DNA of 64,000 bases from Nemertoderma westbladi (Eukaryota > Animalia > Xenacoelomorpha), in assembly GCA_032718475.1 (NCBI GenBank), contig JAUCBJ010006915.1, positions 62,001-126,000 of the forward strand, read 5' to 3'. The notes beneath the pieces were generated by a model. That model saw only the letters and a program-made list of their open reading frames with translations, searched no databases and was not told the DNA's origin. The position numbers and the translations under genes were made by a program. Positions 50,755 to 61,900 of this stretch are shown piece by piece; the first letter of the stretch is position 1, and the number at the start of each line of letters is the position of its first letter.

Positions 50755-52290
50755 TTAACAATTTTCGGTTTTCATAACCAAGTTACTATTCGGTGTGTTT
50801 ATTACAATATTGTTATGGTGGTTAATAGAAACCGTTGGTAGAGCGGATTGTACCGGCGGACATTCGGTGATTGGTAGAGGTGTCTGCAAGGGTTGGAACC
50901 CAGATGGGAAGGGGCGAGAAACTGTGGTCGCATCGGCCTGCACAACCAACGGAAACGTCGGCATTATACCGGGTGGTTTATTGCTAATGGAAACAGCGTG
51001 AGAGAAACCGGGAATAGCCGTAGAGGGAACCGAAACGCTGGCGGCGAGGAACGCGGGTGGAACGCTGGTGGAGGGGAGGGAAACGCCGCCGGGGAGGAAA
51101 TTGGGAATACTAGTGGTGTTTGTACCGGGACCGACGGCGAAGGATTGGCTGGTAGTCGTCAAGGGAGACACCATGGTAGGGAAGCTGGAGGTGGCGACGG
51201 CGGCCTGGAGCCGGCGGGCGTGTTGCTTGGTTATGTGCTCCTGCAGCTTCGTCTCATTGTAGTACTGCAGCGGACACATGTGACACTTTAACATCGCAGG
51301 GTTGGTGTGGCGGCGTTCGTGGCGTTGGAGATGCCACTTTGAGGCGAACGCATTGCCACAGATGGTACAAGTAAAGGGTTTAATTCCGTCGTGGGTGACA
51401 CGTTGATGACGTACCAACTTATCCTTCCTCGTAAACCCCTTCTCGCAAATTGTACAGAAGAAATGCTTCTCTCCCTGTTCGGTTTTCATGTGGCGATCGA
51501 GATGGGCTTTCCTGGTGTAAGATTTGGGGCAATTGTGACACGGATGCTGTTTATTCTCCATGTCTTTATGCGTCGCCATGTGAAGGTCAAACGCGTCTTG
51601 ATCGTCGAAGTATTTACTGCAGTCCAGACACTGGAGATGCGGAGCGTGGCGTTTCTTGCTGTGGGAAACCAGCTGTCTGCGCAGACGGAAGGTCTCGGAA
51701 CATACGCCGCAGACGTGTTTGTTCTTGGAGGCATCAACCGGTTTTAGGAGTCGATCCTTAGCAGGGGGCACAGATACCGACTGGGTTTCCAGGGCAGGAG
51801 CCGGAAAGTTACCACTGGGAAGCACAGGAATATAAGGAGCTACCGGTACTCCTACCGCAGGCTGGGTGGCTAGAGGAGCCGTCATGGCGAAGGAATGGGA
51901 GGGAGAGAGGAGAGCAGCGGTAGGTTTAGGTTGTGGAATAATCATAGCATTGTAAAACTGCGCCAAATTGGGAGCGAATGATGGACGGTCGTATTGGGGC
52001 TGTACTTGAACGTAGGCATCGCCGGAAGTAACTGCAGAGGTTGACGCCATCATCTGGTTGCTATTGTTGCAGTTGGGGATGGAGGGATGAGTTTGCGGTC
52101 TGTGCTCTGGTAACTTTTCTACTCCTCCCAGTTTTGTGTGCTGCTCCAACATACAGGATGAACGCAACAAGCCGATATGGGAAGCAATGAACGTTGTCGT
52201 CGCGGTACTAGAAGGAACTCCTGACACAGAACTACGGTCCAGGGATGTCGTGAAGGTTTGCTGATTCATTTGGGACTGCGATCTATCCAT
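50755..52290 (-). CDS. C2H2 zinc-finger protein (six fingers, S/T/P-rich flanks)
   Basis: Intact 511-aa ORF with fingers CGVC..H..H, CLDC..HMATH, CHNC..HMKTE, CTIC..HQRVTH, CTIC..HERRH and CHMC..HITKQH, and linkers GEKHF and GIKPF. Confidence 0.9.
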   Translation of the reverse strand: MDRSQSQMNQQTFTTSLDRSSVSGVPSSTATTTFIASHIGLLRSSCMLEQHTKLGGVEKLPEHRPQTHPSIPNCNNSNQMMASTSAVTSGDAYVQVQPQYDRPSFAPNLAQFYNAMIIPQPKPTAALLSPSHSFAMTAPLATQPAVGVPVAPYIPVLPSGNFPAPALETQSVSVPPAKDRLLKPVDASKNKHVCGVCSETFRLRRQLVSHSKKRHAPHLQCLDCSKYFDDQDAFDLHMATHKDMENKQHPCHNCPKSYTRKAHLDRHMKTEQGEKHFFCTICEKGFTRKDKLVRHQRVTHDGIKPFTCTICGNAFASKWHLQRHERRHTNPAMLKCHMCPLQYYNETKLQEHITKQHARRLQAAVATSSFPTMVSPLTTTSQSFAVGPGTNTTSIPNFLPGGVSLPSTSVPPAFLAASVSVPSTAIPGFSHAVSISNKPPGIMPTFPLVVQADATTVSRPFPSGFQPLQTPLPITECPPVQSALPTVSINHHNNIVINTPNSNLVMKTENC

Positions 52291-53141
52291 TTCTTTAATA
52301 CAGTAATAATAGACTAGGCAAGCCTACTCCCTGACTCCTGTCTGGTTGTTATGGTATATATCCGCCTATTCAACTATCAGACTAGGCCTATTGCCGTTGA
52401 TACCGTTGTATTAGGCCTACTACTGTCTGACTGTCAGACTGTACTAATCTGCTAATAGGCCTAAACTAGGAGCGCAGTTCACCTCACACCTGCACACACC
52501 GTCGTCCTCCCTCAGGCGTTATCGATCGCCCACTCGAGAGGTTCGGGCAGACCGTGATGTGATAATTGTACAGTATGTCGATTTATCGGTGAATAAAGGC
52601 ATTCCAATAACAGAATAATCGCGATTTCGGTCAACACTGACGGGTGACAGACCGAACGTAATCAGGATCGAATGTAACATAGTTTTTACTAATCGAATGT
52701 AACCTCAATTATGTTACATTGGATCCTATAACTATGTTACATTCGATCTACAAATACATGAGAGTAAAAACCCAAGCGATCATTTTGTGAACATCCAATG
52801 ATATTGCCTGTTTTATAAATGCTTTAAGTTGTTATGGGATGTTCTGTTTGATTGGTTGTTATGTGATTTACTTGCTAATCTTGGCCAGTATTAAATACAC
52901 TAAATCAACAAGCACTGATCAATGTGTACAGATATACAGTAGGAGTCAATATGTTTCACAGGAGGCATGATGGAGGGGGGGGGGGGGGGGGGATTTTCGA
53001 AAACCTATCTTGGCAGCTTGGTGAATTAAAAGCACATCCCGGCGAATTAGCAATGATAATTATTAAGTGAGGGAAAGGAACAGGTTGCTGTGGCAGGACA
53101 ATGGATAGAATAATAATAATTTTTATTACGTACTATATTTA

Positions 53142-53324
53142 TTATTTATTTTGGAATAAAGATGTAAGGTAAAAAGAGCACGACATTGACATTTTCGTCG
53201 ACATTGACTGATTGACGTCGTCGGGATGTGCAGTTATCCGATGTCGGATTATATTACTTTTCTCTGTAAATCTTTTCTCACAATGGGTACCGGTACACGT
53301 ATAATAATCTTTTTCACAATTCAT
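53142..53324 (-). pseudogene. Single C2H2 finger fragment
   Basis: EKDYYTCTGTHCEKRFTEKSNIIRHRITAH. Confidence 0.65.
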
Positions 53325-53781
53325 TATTAGGGCCTACTGTATTACGTATTATTTACCTACTTTAAATGTCCAGTTACTGCTGTATTGTACGATATGACAG
53401 TATTTTACAAAGATTAAAGCTGTAAAGAGGTCTGGCCTCTATCCTAGAACCTAGCACCTAGACCTAGAGCAAGAGTCCATCAATTGTATTATATTCTTAA
53501 GTACATTCCTGCATTCTGTCATTATTACGTCAGTCACTGCAAACAATCACTCATAGCGTCATAGGTAAGTGTGTTAGAGTCTGAGAGTACATGTAGAGCT
53601 ACCAGCATACTGCTAATATTTAAATGTAAACTACTAAGTTACATTGATCGCTTGTTGATTTAGTGCATTTAATACTGGCCAAGATTAGCAAGTAAATCTC
53701 ACAACAACCAATCAAACAGAACATCCCATAACAACTTAAAGCATTTATAAAACAGGCAATATCATTGGATGTTCACAAAAT

Positions 53782-54372
53782 CCAGGTTGGAATTCATGCA
53801 TGAGCGCGCAGGTACGCTTTGTTGTTTTGAAATCACCGCGCACCTGAAATTGGCTCGTCGCGCACCTCATCATACTGTCATAATCCAAACAAAATCGCGC
53901 AGCTCATGTCATGCATATCTCAAAAAATCGCACAGTTCATAAGAACAATTTACATTCATAGCCTATTTTACAAGTTTGAGCGTTTTATGCTTATCTTTAC
54001 GTCTGTCTGTCTGTACGTTGAATCTAGGCTTACATAATAAATGTAATTTTTGCAACATCAAAATTGTTAATGTTAACAAATATTTTTTTAATCCACTACT
54101 ATGGTGGCCCATCGGGCTCACTGCTTTTATAACAGAAAATATTATGAAACTAAAGCGAGCGAAGCGAGCGAAATTTTTTTGTGTATTTTCGTGATTTCAA
54201 TTAATTTGTGGTGCACATCAGAGGCAGAGCTGCGTGCTGAGGCGCAATGCGCACCTGTCTCACCCGAACGCGCACCTGTCTGCCTGTCTCACCCAAACGC
54301 GCAACGCGCATCTGGTTTGCGGTCATTCGCGCAGGTACGCGTCCGAGTTTTGCAGCATGAATTCCAACCTGG
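53782..54372. mobile_element. hAT-like MITE (inner element of nest 1)
   Basis: Perfect 18-bp TIR CCAGGTTGGAATTCATGC, 8-bp TSD CACAAAAT (53774-81, 54373-80) and subterminal cgcgca motifs. Confidence 0.9.
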
Positions 54373-55586
54373 CACAAAATGATCGCTTGGGTTTTTACTC
54401 TCATGTTCTACAAATTACTAAGCTAGAATGTAACATACATTTATTTCAGTTGTGTTTTGATTTCAGGAGTTAACCGATGAAATGCTTCGTATAATTACAC
54501 GAAGAAACAGTTTGGCAGTTTGGTGTTGGTTACTGGTGAGTACAAAACAAAGACCCAAGACCCAATTAAGTAACCTGCATGATCTTAGTAACATGTGTTA
54601 ACTTTTGTTTATTGTTTTGGTTCCCCCAACGCCTCTGTAACCTGCTTCTTTCAGCCTTTAAATAAAAGTAACCTGCATAATCTTGTAACATGTCTTAACT
54701 TTCGTTTATTGTTTTGGTTCCCCCTACACGCCTCTGTAACCTGCTCCTTTAAATCTGTAAATGGCAATGTTACATTCGAGCTTAGTAATTTGTAGATCGA
54801 ATGTAACATAGTTATAGGATCCAATGTAACATAATTGCGGTTACGTTCGATACGTAATAACTATGTTACATTCGATCCTGATTACGTTCGGTCATGTATC
54901 GAACACTGACATATCCAGTTTACAAGCGCCTATGCTGCATCGCTACATCTCCCACATCCATCCCTACATCGTTACAAGTAATTAACCAGAACGCTGATAA
55001 GTTGACATAATGTGACAATAACAAAGCTGCAAAGTCTATTACCAATACAGTATTATAAGTTCTATCCTGATTAGGGTTCAACAGAAGGCACTTTATGGGG
55101 CCGAACCGAACCGAACCGAAGCAGGGCCAACTTCGGGCCGAACCGAACCGAATCCGAACCGAAGTTCAGAAAGTTATGGTCATAAATTCGTATTTACGTC
55201 ACTATACTGGCTGACTGGCAGTGGCAGACTGGTACCTATTTGGTCTGCGGGCTTATCAAGAAAGCTATGATTAATTAAAAAAATAAGTACTACAAAATAA
55301 AATGACAATATTTACATTACTATACATTACTAAGCTAAACTACTGTATACTTACTGTATGCACCACATTTTCACCCGTAGTAAGTAGTGACATCAAATTT
55401 AGAAAACCTCACTAAAGTACAGGTAGTCTTTGTAATACTATTTATATGAGGTAGTAGGTATATTTGGTATTATGTATCAAAGTTATGATTAATTAAAAAA
55501 TATGTAGGATGGCTAAAACGTCTGTCCTTATCTGATCTGATCTGATCTGATCTGACGGTATCTGACACTTGTTCCACCTTGGTTCA

Positions 55587-55880
55587 GAGCGCACCTTGGT
55601 GTAGTGGTTATATTGAATTCACATCTCTCGGAGGTTGTGGGTTCAACCCCGGCATGGGGCCAAGGTAGTGTTCGTTTCGGCACGAATGTTTTGAAGGGTT
55701 TAGCGAGGCATCTCTGCCTTGCATCCTTAAATGGTAGCTAAATGAGTACTGGACTTTCTGCCTATGTCAGCATGTGAAGTTTCCCCGGTATTCCCCTTAA
55801 ACCCGGAGGGTGTCAATATAATACTTCCCGCTCTGAAACTAACGATACTAACTAAAATACTAACTGAAACTAACTAAAAG
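55587..55880 (+). mobile_element. tRNA-derived SINE
   Basis: A box TGGTGTAGTGG, B box GGTTCAACCCC and an (ACTA)n-like tail. Confidence 0.78.
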
Positions 55881-57345
55881 GAATTCAAATAAAATAAGCT
55901 AGAAATTTTAAATTTGTTTTTAGCGGCTGGTGCCAAATTTTGGTGTCGGTCCATGTGAAGAATACCGCCCATGTGAAGCATACCAGGATTTCACTTTTCG
56001 GTTGACTTTTATTGGAATTTTATATTTGAAGGTTTTAATTCTTTTTTAATTTATCTTTATTGAGTGTATTATAGAGCTTATTTATGTCTTATAACCTGCA
56101 CATATACTAATTCGTTTATTGTTTTGGTTATATTCAGTGTAACCTGTGTTTTTGGTGAAAACCTGGTATTCTTCACATAGGGGTAACTGCAAAGTAAAAT
56201 AAAACGGCAGAAAGTCTGGTATTCTTCGCCCATGTGAAGAATACAAGGATTTCATTTTTCGGTCGATATTTTTTATTAAATTTGTCTTTATTAAGTGTTT
56301 TATGCGCGTGCGCGATGTCCTTTATTTTTTGAGGGGGATGATCTATTGATCAGTCAGTAGGACGGTTAGTAAGAAGGTGACCGGTGTAACTGTGTAAACA
56401 AGCCGCCGCGGTAACATATTCTACTTTCCCTCAATTGGTAGGTAACAAAATCGTTTATTGTTTTGGTTAGAAAACCCTGTCTCGGTAACCTGCTCCTTTC
56501 CCAATTTGTAGGTAACAACGTCGTTTATTGTTTTGGTTAGAAATTACAGCCGCTGTAACCTGCTCTTTTCCTTCAATTGGAAGGTAATAAGTGTTTATAA
56601 ATTCCCACATTCCCATCCACCTTCCCCTATTCTTTAATAAATAGTAAAATTAATAAATTTCTTAAATTTCATACATATTTTAAATGTAATATATTAATAA
56701 GAATCATTACCGTACTTAATTAATAATATTAATTATAATTAATATAATTAACTTTAACTATTAATAATGATAACTATTAACAAGAAAGATTTACGAGAAA
56801 AATATTGCAGCAAATGCTGTATTGTTTTTAATAAAAGTTTAATATTTCAACACCAACTAACAGACTAAATCTACGAAAGTTGTTTACATCTGAAATTATC
56901 CATCTTGTTGGGACAATCACACAACTTTCATACCCACCATCCTTCATCCTACTGTATATCGCATTTTTAATATATAATAACATGCCTTTGTGCATTTAGA
57001 TGCATACCGATATGCCTGTACTGCTACTTCATATGATGATACTGATACGTAACAGGCAACCTGAAACGTGATCCCCTATTCAGCTATTGGCTATTTACCT
57101 AACAGACCCCTGCAAACCACCAACGTTAATCTAACGTTGGGTTTATGTTAGACATTCGTTAAAAAATGACAGTTAGAATTTAACCATAAACCTACGTTAA
57201 TATACGTTAGAATTCTGTCAATTTTTAACGTTAATTTTTTACAGTAATTATACGTCAAAAATTTACAAATATCGGACAATACCAGATTTTTTAACGTTGA
57301 TTTATCGTTAATTTTTAACGTTAATTTTTTACAGTAATTTACAGT

Positions 57346-57465
57346 AACGTTTCGGTTAACTTTATGAAACTGGATGTACGTTTCGGATAACTTTATGAAA
57401 GTGGATGTACGTTTCGGTTAACTTTATGAAACTGGATGTACGTTTCGGTTAACTCTATGAAACTG
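57346..57465. repeat. 31-bp tandem repeat, about 4 copies
   Basis: cgtttcgg recurs at 57348, 57379, 57410 and 57441. Confidence 0.92.
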
Positions 57466-57953
57466 CATGAGTCCGGTAGCAACCTACGGGTCTCTGAACT
57501 ATAGATCTAAGCCTCCCATTGATAAATAAAAATTCCACAAATCATTTCTAAAGCCTACTTTATAGTGTTTTAGAAATTAAATTCAGAATCTATTCAAGAA
57601 AAAATCATACATAATTATTGATTTTTTCATTGATCAATTACACGAGATTATGAATTTAAGCTTATGGTTTTAACACTTGAATTTGTTCAAAATTACATTT
57701 CACTGTATGTAACTGGCAATTTGAAAATCTATCGTAATGTGATAATAACGTGTATTATTAATATTATATCTAATACATAATTAAAATATATACATAATTA
57801 TTATATGTAATATTGATTAATCATACGTAATGTGTTAATTGTGAGATAATACAGTACAATATAATTTTGTCAATATTAAGTGGCAAAGTTGTCTTCGGCC
57901 GTTAGGCCAGGGAAAACATTACGCACAAAGTCTGACGACTTGTTTCCAGATAA

Positions 57954-58169
57954 GGGGGCGTTCATAAAGTATGTCACGCACTAGGGGGGGGGGGGGGTAG
58001 AGCTTTCGTGACATTTTGTGACAGGTGGGAGGGGGGGTGTCGACCTTTGTGACGGTCACGGCGATGCAAATAAAAAAATTTACGAAAATAGGTTTTTGGT
58101 GACAGAAGGGGGGGGGGGGGGGGGTCAAAAAAATGGAAAATTTGCGTGACATACTTTATGAACGCCACC
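57954..58169. mobile_element. PIF/Harbinger-type MITE
   Basis: TAA TSD and TIR GGGGGCGTTCATAAAGTATGTCACGCA. Confidence 0.88.
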
Positions 58170-58172
58170 TAA

Positions 58173-58375
58173 TTCCACCATATTTTTATTCACCAGAGGA
58201 TACTCCAGTACCCATTAAAGGACGCCCTTGAGAAATGCGCCCTAGCTCGTCCCTTTAAAGCGTTCGTCCTGAAACGAAAACTCTCCCGACCCCTTTGCGG
58301 GGATCGAACCCATGACCTCTGGAGAGATGTTAATTAAAGGCAACGGATTAACACTACACAAACTACAAGGGCGGG
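58173..58375 (-). mobile_element. tRNA-derived SINE (related head to the 55587 element)
   Basis: The - strand reads ...acatctctccagaggtcatGGGTTCGATCCCcgcaaagggg, similar to 55621-55660. Confidence 0.7.
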
Positions 58376-59033
58376 AAGAACATAAAAAATGTTAGATTTT
58401 TGCTTGATCAAATGTGGCGTCGAATGCTGGACATTGACATTGACATATAGATTATCTATCATTACTAATATCAATATTAATCATAACAACACATTTTGAT
58501 GCTAACAAATACAATAGTATTTGTAATTTCTCTGAATGCTATTTTTAATGCAACCACGGCGACAATAAACCGAGAGGATCATAGATTCGAGCTGAGTTTC
58601 AGCAGAGTAAGTGCAATACAAAAGACCGCAACTACTTAAATTTATGCAAAAAAACCGTAAGTCAACAAGACTTGCGGTTTTTTGTCATTAGAATTTAATG
58701 AGGATTTCACATCTGGAAATGGCTTGGCGAGATCTGTTGTATGCATTTTCAATAATTACCAGAAGTAGCTCCGATGAGAGAAAGCTTTTAATTTAACTGA
58801 TGTTATTAATTCCATTAGTCATCTGAGGTCAACCCACCCTACCCTAACTGTTTAATATGAGAATGCCTTCTTAGGTTGTTTCGAGTTATCACTGTCTACC
58901 GGTCTGACCGTCAAGATGTAAATTTAGACAGAGCCAGATAAGATAATAGCAATTGTCTGGAATATGTGATTATTTGACGTTAATTAACGTTAAGTTAATT
59001 AAGCGTTAATTATTATAATTATGTTTTTATCAC

Positions 59034-59335
59034 TGTCAGTTGTTTGTCATTTTTTGACGTTAAATACAATATATTTTGACGATCCAAACTGATTGTCAGT
59101 AATATGTCATTTTTTAACGTTAAACATACAATATATTTTGACGATCCAAACTGATTGTCAGTAATATGTCATTTTTTAACGTTAAACATACAATATATTT
59201 TGACGATCCAAACTGATTGTCAGTAATATGTCATTTTTTAACGTTAAACATACAATATATTTTGACGATCCAAACTGATTGTCAGTAATATGTCATTTTT
59301 TAACGTTAAACATACAATATATTTTGACGATCAAA
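59034..59335. repeat. 62-bp tandem repeat, about 5 copies
   Basis: gacgatc recurs at 62-bp spacing from 59078. Confidence 0.92.
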
Positions 59336-59750
59336 ATACCTACCGTTTAAAATTAACGTTAATTTGCGTTAATTTTTAACGTTAAAAGGGCGGCCAAACT
59401 AACGTTATTTATATGTATTATTAACGTTAATAATTAACGTTGGCATTGTCAGAAAATAACGTATATTAATGCATTATTAACGTTAAATTGTTTGCAGGGT
59501 GTATGTATAAACTAATAGTATAAACCACAACACTAAGGTGGAACAAGAGTCAGATACCGTCAGATCAGATCAGATCAGATAAGGACAGACGTTTTATTCT
59601 ACCTCAAAAATATGTACTACAAAGTAAAATGGCAATATTTAGCCTAACCTAAACTACTGTATAATTAAACTAATTTTGAAACTACCCAAGTAAACTGAAA
59701 ACAATTAAAAAAATAATGCCATTTAAATGGAAGTTCAGTCCAAAATTAAG

Positions 59751-60510
59751 GGTGTAAACGTTAAGCAGACAATGGTGCAGACACCTGGTGCGGACAGTGG
59801 TGCAGACACCTGGTGCGGACATTGGTGCAGACACTGGTGCAGCGTGCAGACAGTGGTGCAGACACTGGTGCAGACAGTGGTGCAGACACAGGTGCAGACA
59901 GTGGTGCAGACAGTGATGCAGACAGTGGCAGAGTGGTGCAGCGTGCAGACAGTGGTTCAGACACTGGTGCAGACACTTGTGCAGACAGTGGTGCAGACAC
60001 TGGTGCAGACAGTGGTGCAGACAGTGGTGCAGACAGTGGTGCAGGCAGTGATGCAGACACTGGTGCAGACAGTGGTGCAGAAAGTGGTGCAGACACTGGT
60101 GCAGACAGTGGTGCAAACACTGGTGCACATAGTGGTGCAGACACTTAGCCCGTAAAACAATAACGTTTATTGTTTTGGTTCCCCCAATACTCCTCTGAAA
60201 CCTGCTCCTTTACTAAACTGCTCCTTTACTAACCTGCTCGCCTCTTTACTAACCTGCTCGCCTCTTTACTAATCTGCTCGCCCCTTTACTGTCTGCCTGC
60301 ACCAGTGTCTGCACCACTCTCTGCACCACTGTCTGCACCACTGTCTGCACCATAGTGTCTGCACCATTGTCTGCACCACTGTCTGCACCAGTGTCTGCAC
60401 CACTGTCTACACCAGTGTCTGCACCACTCTGCACCACTGTCTGCACCAGTGTCTGCACGACTGCACCACTGTCTGCACCAGCACCAGTGTCTGCTTAACG
60501 TTTACACCCA
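59751..60510. mobile_element. Foldback element with 12-bp minisatellite arms
   Basis: Perfect 22-bp TIR GGGTGTAAACGTTAAGCAGACA. The left arm is (tggtgcagacas)n and the right arm is its reverse complement. Confidence 0.85.
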
Positions 60511-60922
60511 TTCTGCTAAGTAGGGCATGTACGCCGAACGCGTTCGGCGCACAATTTTTTCCAGAATTTGGAGCAGGCGCAGAAAATTGAGAGCGCAGCG
60601 CAGCGCCGCGCAGCGCCGCGCAGCGCGCAGGCGCAGAAAATGTAGAGCGCGGCGCGACAGGCGCAGAAAATTTATAGCACGGCTCAGACTTGCACTACAG
60701 CACTAAGTCAGTACCGGTAAGTAGACCTACCCCTGGCAGTCTGCCGACTACCGGTAACAGCTAACAGGCAGACATACCTACACGTTGATACCTACATGTA
60801 GCCTCTATGTAGGCTATACCTCTACGCAAAAACTTTATAGTACAGCCTGACAGTACCGGTACACAACCAACTGTATACTGCAGTACTGTTATTCTGATAT
60901 TGGTTTACCGAGACTCAAGAGA

Positions 60923-61900
60923 ATGGCTCGACGTCAATCTCTACGTCCAGTTGATATGTCGAAGTTATTTAACTGCGACTCCTGCGCGGCCTTATTTGTG
61001 GAGAAGAAAGCATTGGATGAACATCTACTTTCTTGTGGGACTGATCCATCTAGTAGCCCGTGCCCACACTGTAATAAGAAGGTTTCAAACTCGAACTGTT
61101 TGGCCTGCGACATATGCGGTTTATGGGTACATGGTAGCTGTCTGAAGTTATCTGCTTCCGAAATACAAGTGCTCGCAAAGTGCAAAAACTGCAGAATAGT
61201 TTGCAATAAATGTGATTTGAAAGGACCCATTTCCGCCGGCTCGCCACGCAACTCCCTATCTGATGAGTCACTAACCCGACTGGAAGCATCCATTACGTCT
61301 AACATAGCCGACCTCAGTTCCAAGATTAACGTACTGTGTGCGGACGCCGACGCTGATGGCTCTCGTGGAACTGACACTGGCTACACATCCGACGTTTGGA
61401 GAAAGGTTACTTCGAAATCACGATCATCTGTAACGAAACCTCTCCTGACACTGGATGATGTCAGCAAGGAAGCTGCAGAGCAAAATAAAAGATCAGCCAA
61501 CATTGTTATAAAGGGACTGGATCTGCCGGCCAGCTCGTCTGATGACGCTAGATCGGTCGAAGACTTTATGTCCAAGGAATTTAATGTAGATAATTCCGTG
61601 GACACGGTACTTTTCCGACGCGCAGGAAACGCGACGAACAGACAGCCTTCAATGATTATTGTTAAGTTAACCTCGGCTGAAAGAAAATCCGCTATATTAA
61701 AGGCTAAAAACAAACTGCGGCATTCTGATTCACATTCAAATGTTTACGTATCACCTGATTTGACCCGACTTCAGTCTGAACAGGCATTCCTTCGACGTAA
61801 ATCAAATCGCGATTCGAACAATGTTGGGCGAAGTTCAGGAGGCGAAACATCAAACCCGATTGCCACCCCCACTGAAAGTTCGGACTCGGAAAACCACTAA
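60923..61900 (+). CDS. CR1-type LINE ORF1 (zinc finger + PHD finger + RRM-like region)
   Basis: CDSC..H..C, a PHD finger (CPHC..CDIC..WVHGSC..CNKC), RSANIVIKGL and VYVSPDLT. Confidence 0.9.
   Translation: MARRQSLRPVDMSKLFNCDSCAALFVEKKALDEHLLSCGTDPSSSPCPHCNKKVSNSNCLACDICGLWVHGSCLKLSASEIQVLAKCKNCRIVCNKCDLKGPISAGSPRNSLSDESLTRLEASITSNIADLSSKINVLCADADADGSRGTDTGYTSDVWRKVTSKSRSSVTKPLLTLDDVSKEAAEQNKRSANIVIKGLDLPASSSDDARSVEDFMSKEFNVDNSVDTVLFRRAGNATNRQPSMIIVKLTSAERKSAILKAKNKLRHSDSHSNVYVSPDLTRLQSEQAFLRRKSNRDSNNVGRSSGGETSNPIATPTESSDSENH

Larger units (their letters stand above)
52756..54406. mobile_element. MULE-like element (middle of nest 1) carrying a zinc-finger fragment
   Basis: ~170-bp TIRs starting ACATGAGAGTAAAAACCCAAGCGATC and a 9-bp TSD TCTACAAAT (52747-55, 54407-15). 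Confidence 0.88.
52641..54901. mobile_element. Non-autonomous TIR element (outer element of nest 1)
   Basis: ~135-bp TIRs rich in cgaatgtaacat, and an 8-9-bp TSD AACACTGA(C) at 52633 and 54902. Confidence 0.88.
57108..59499. mobile_element. EnSpm/CMC-like non-autonomous element
   Basis: CCCTGCAAAC...GTTTGCAGGG termini and dense subterminal AACGTT motifs at both ends. TSD not resolved. Confidence 0.7.
55505..59605. mobile_element. MULE-like non-autonomous element (outer element of nest 2)
   Basis: ~75-bp TIRs containing (TCTGA)n and a 9-bp TSD AAAAATATG (55496-55504, 59606-59614). A sequence resembling the empty site is at ~55265-55320. Confidence 0.78.

Noticed and set aside
55587-55662. 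Possible tRNA genes here and at ~58285-58375
   Set aside because: A/B-box-like motifs are present but there is no convincing cloverleaf, and they continue into SINE bodies.
59682-60458. Cys/His-rich (HHCL)n and other repeat ORFs
   Set aside because: These are translations of the 12-bp minisatellite arms of a foldback element, open in nearly all frames.
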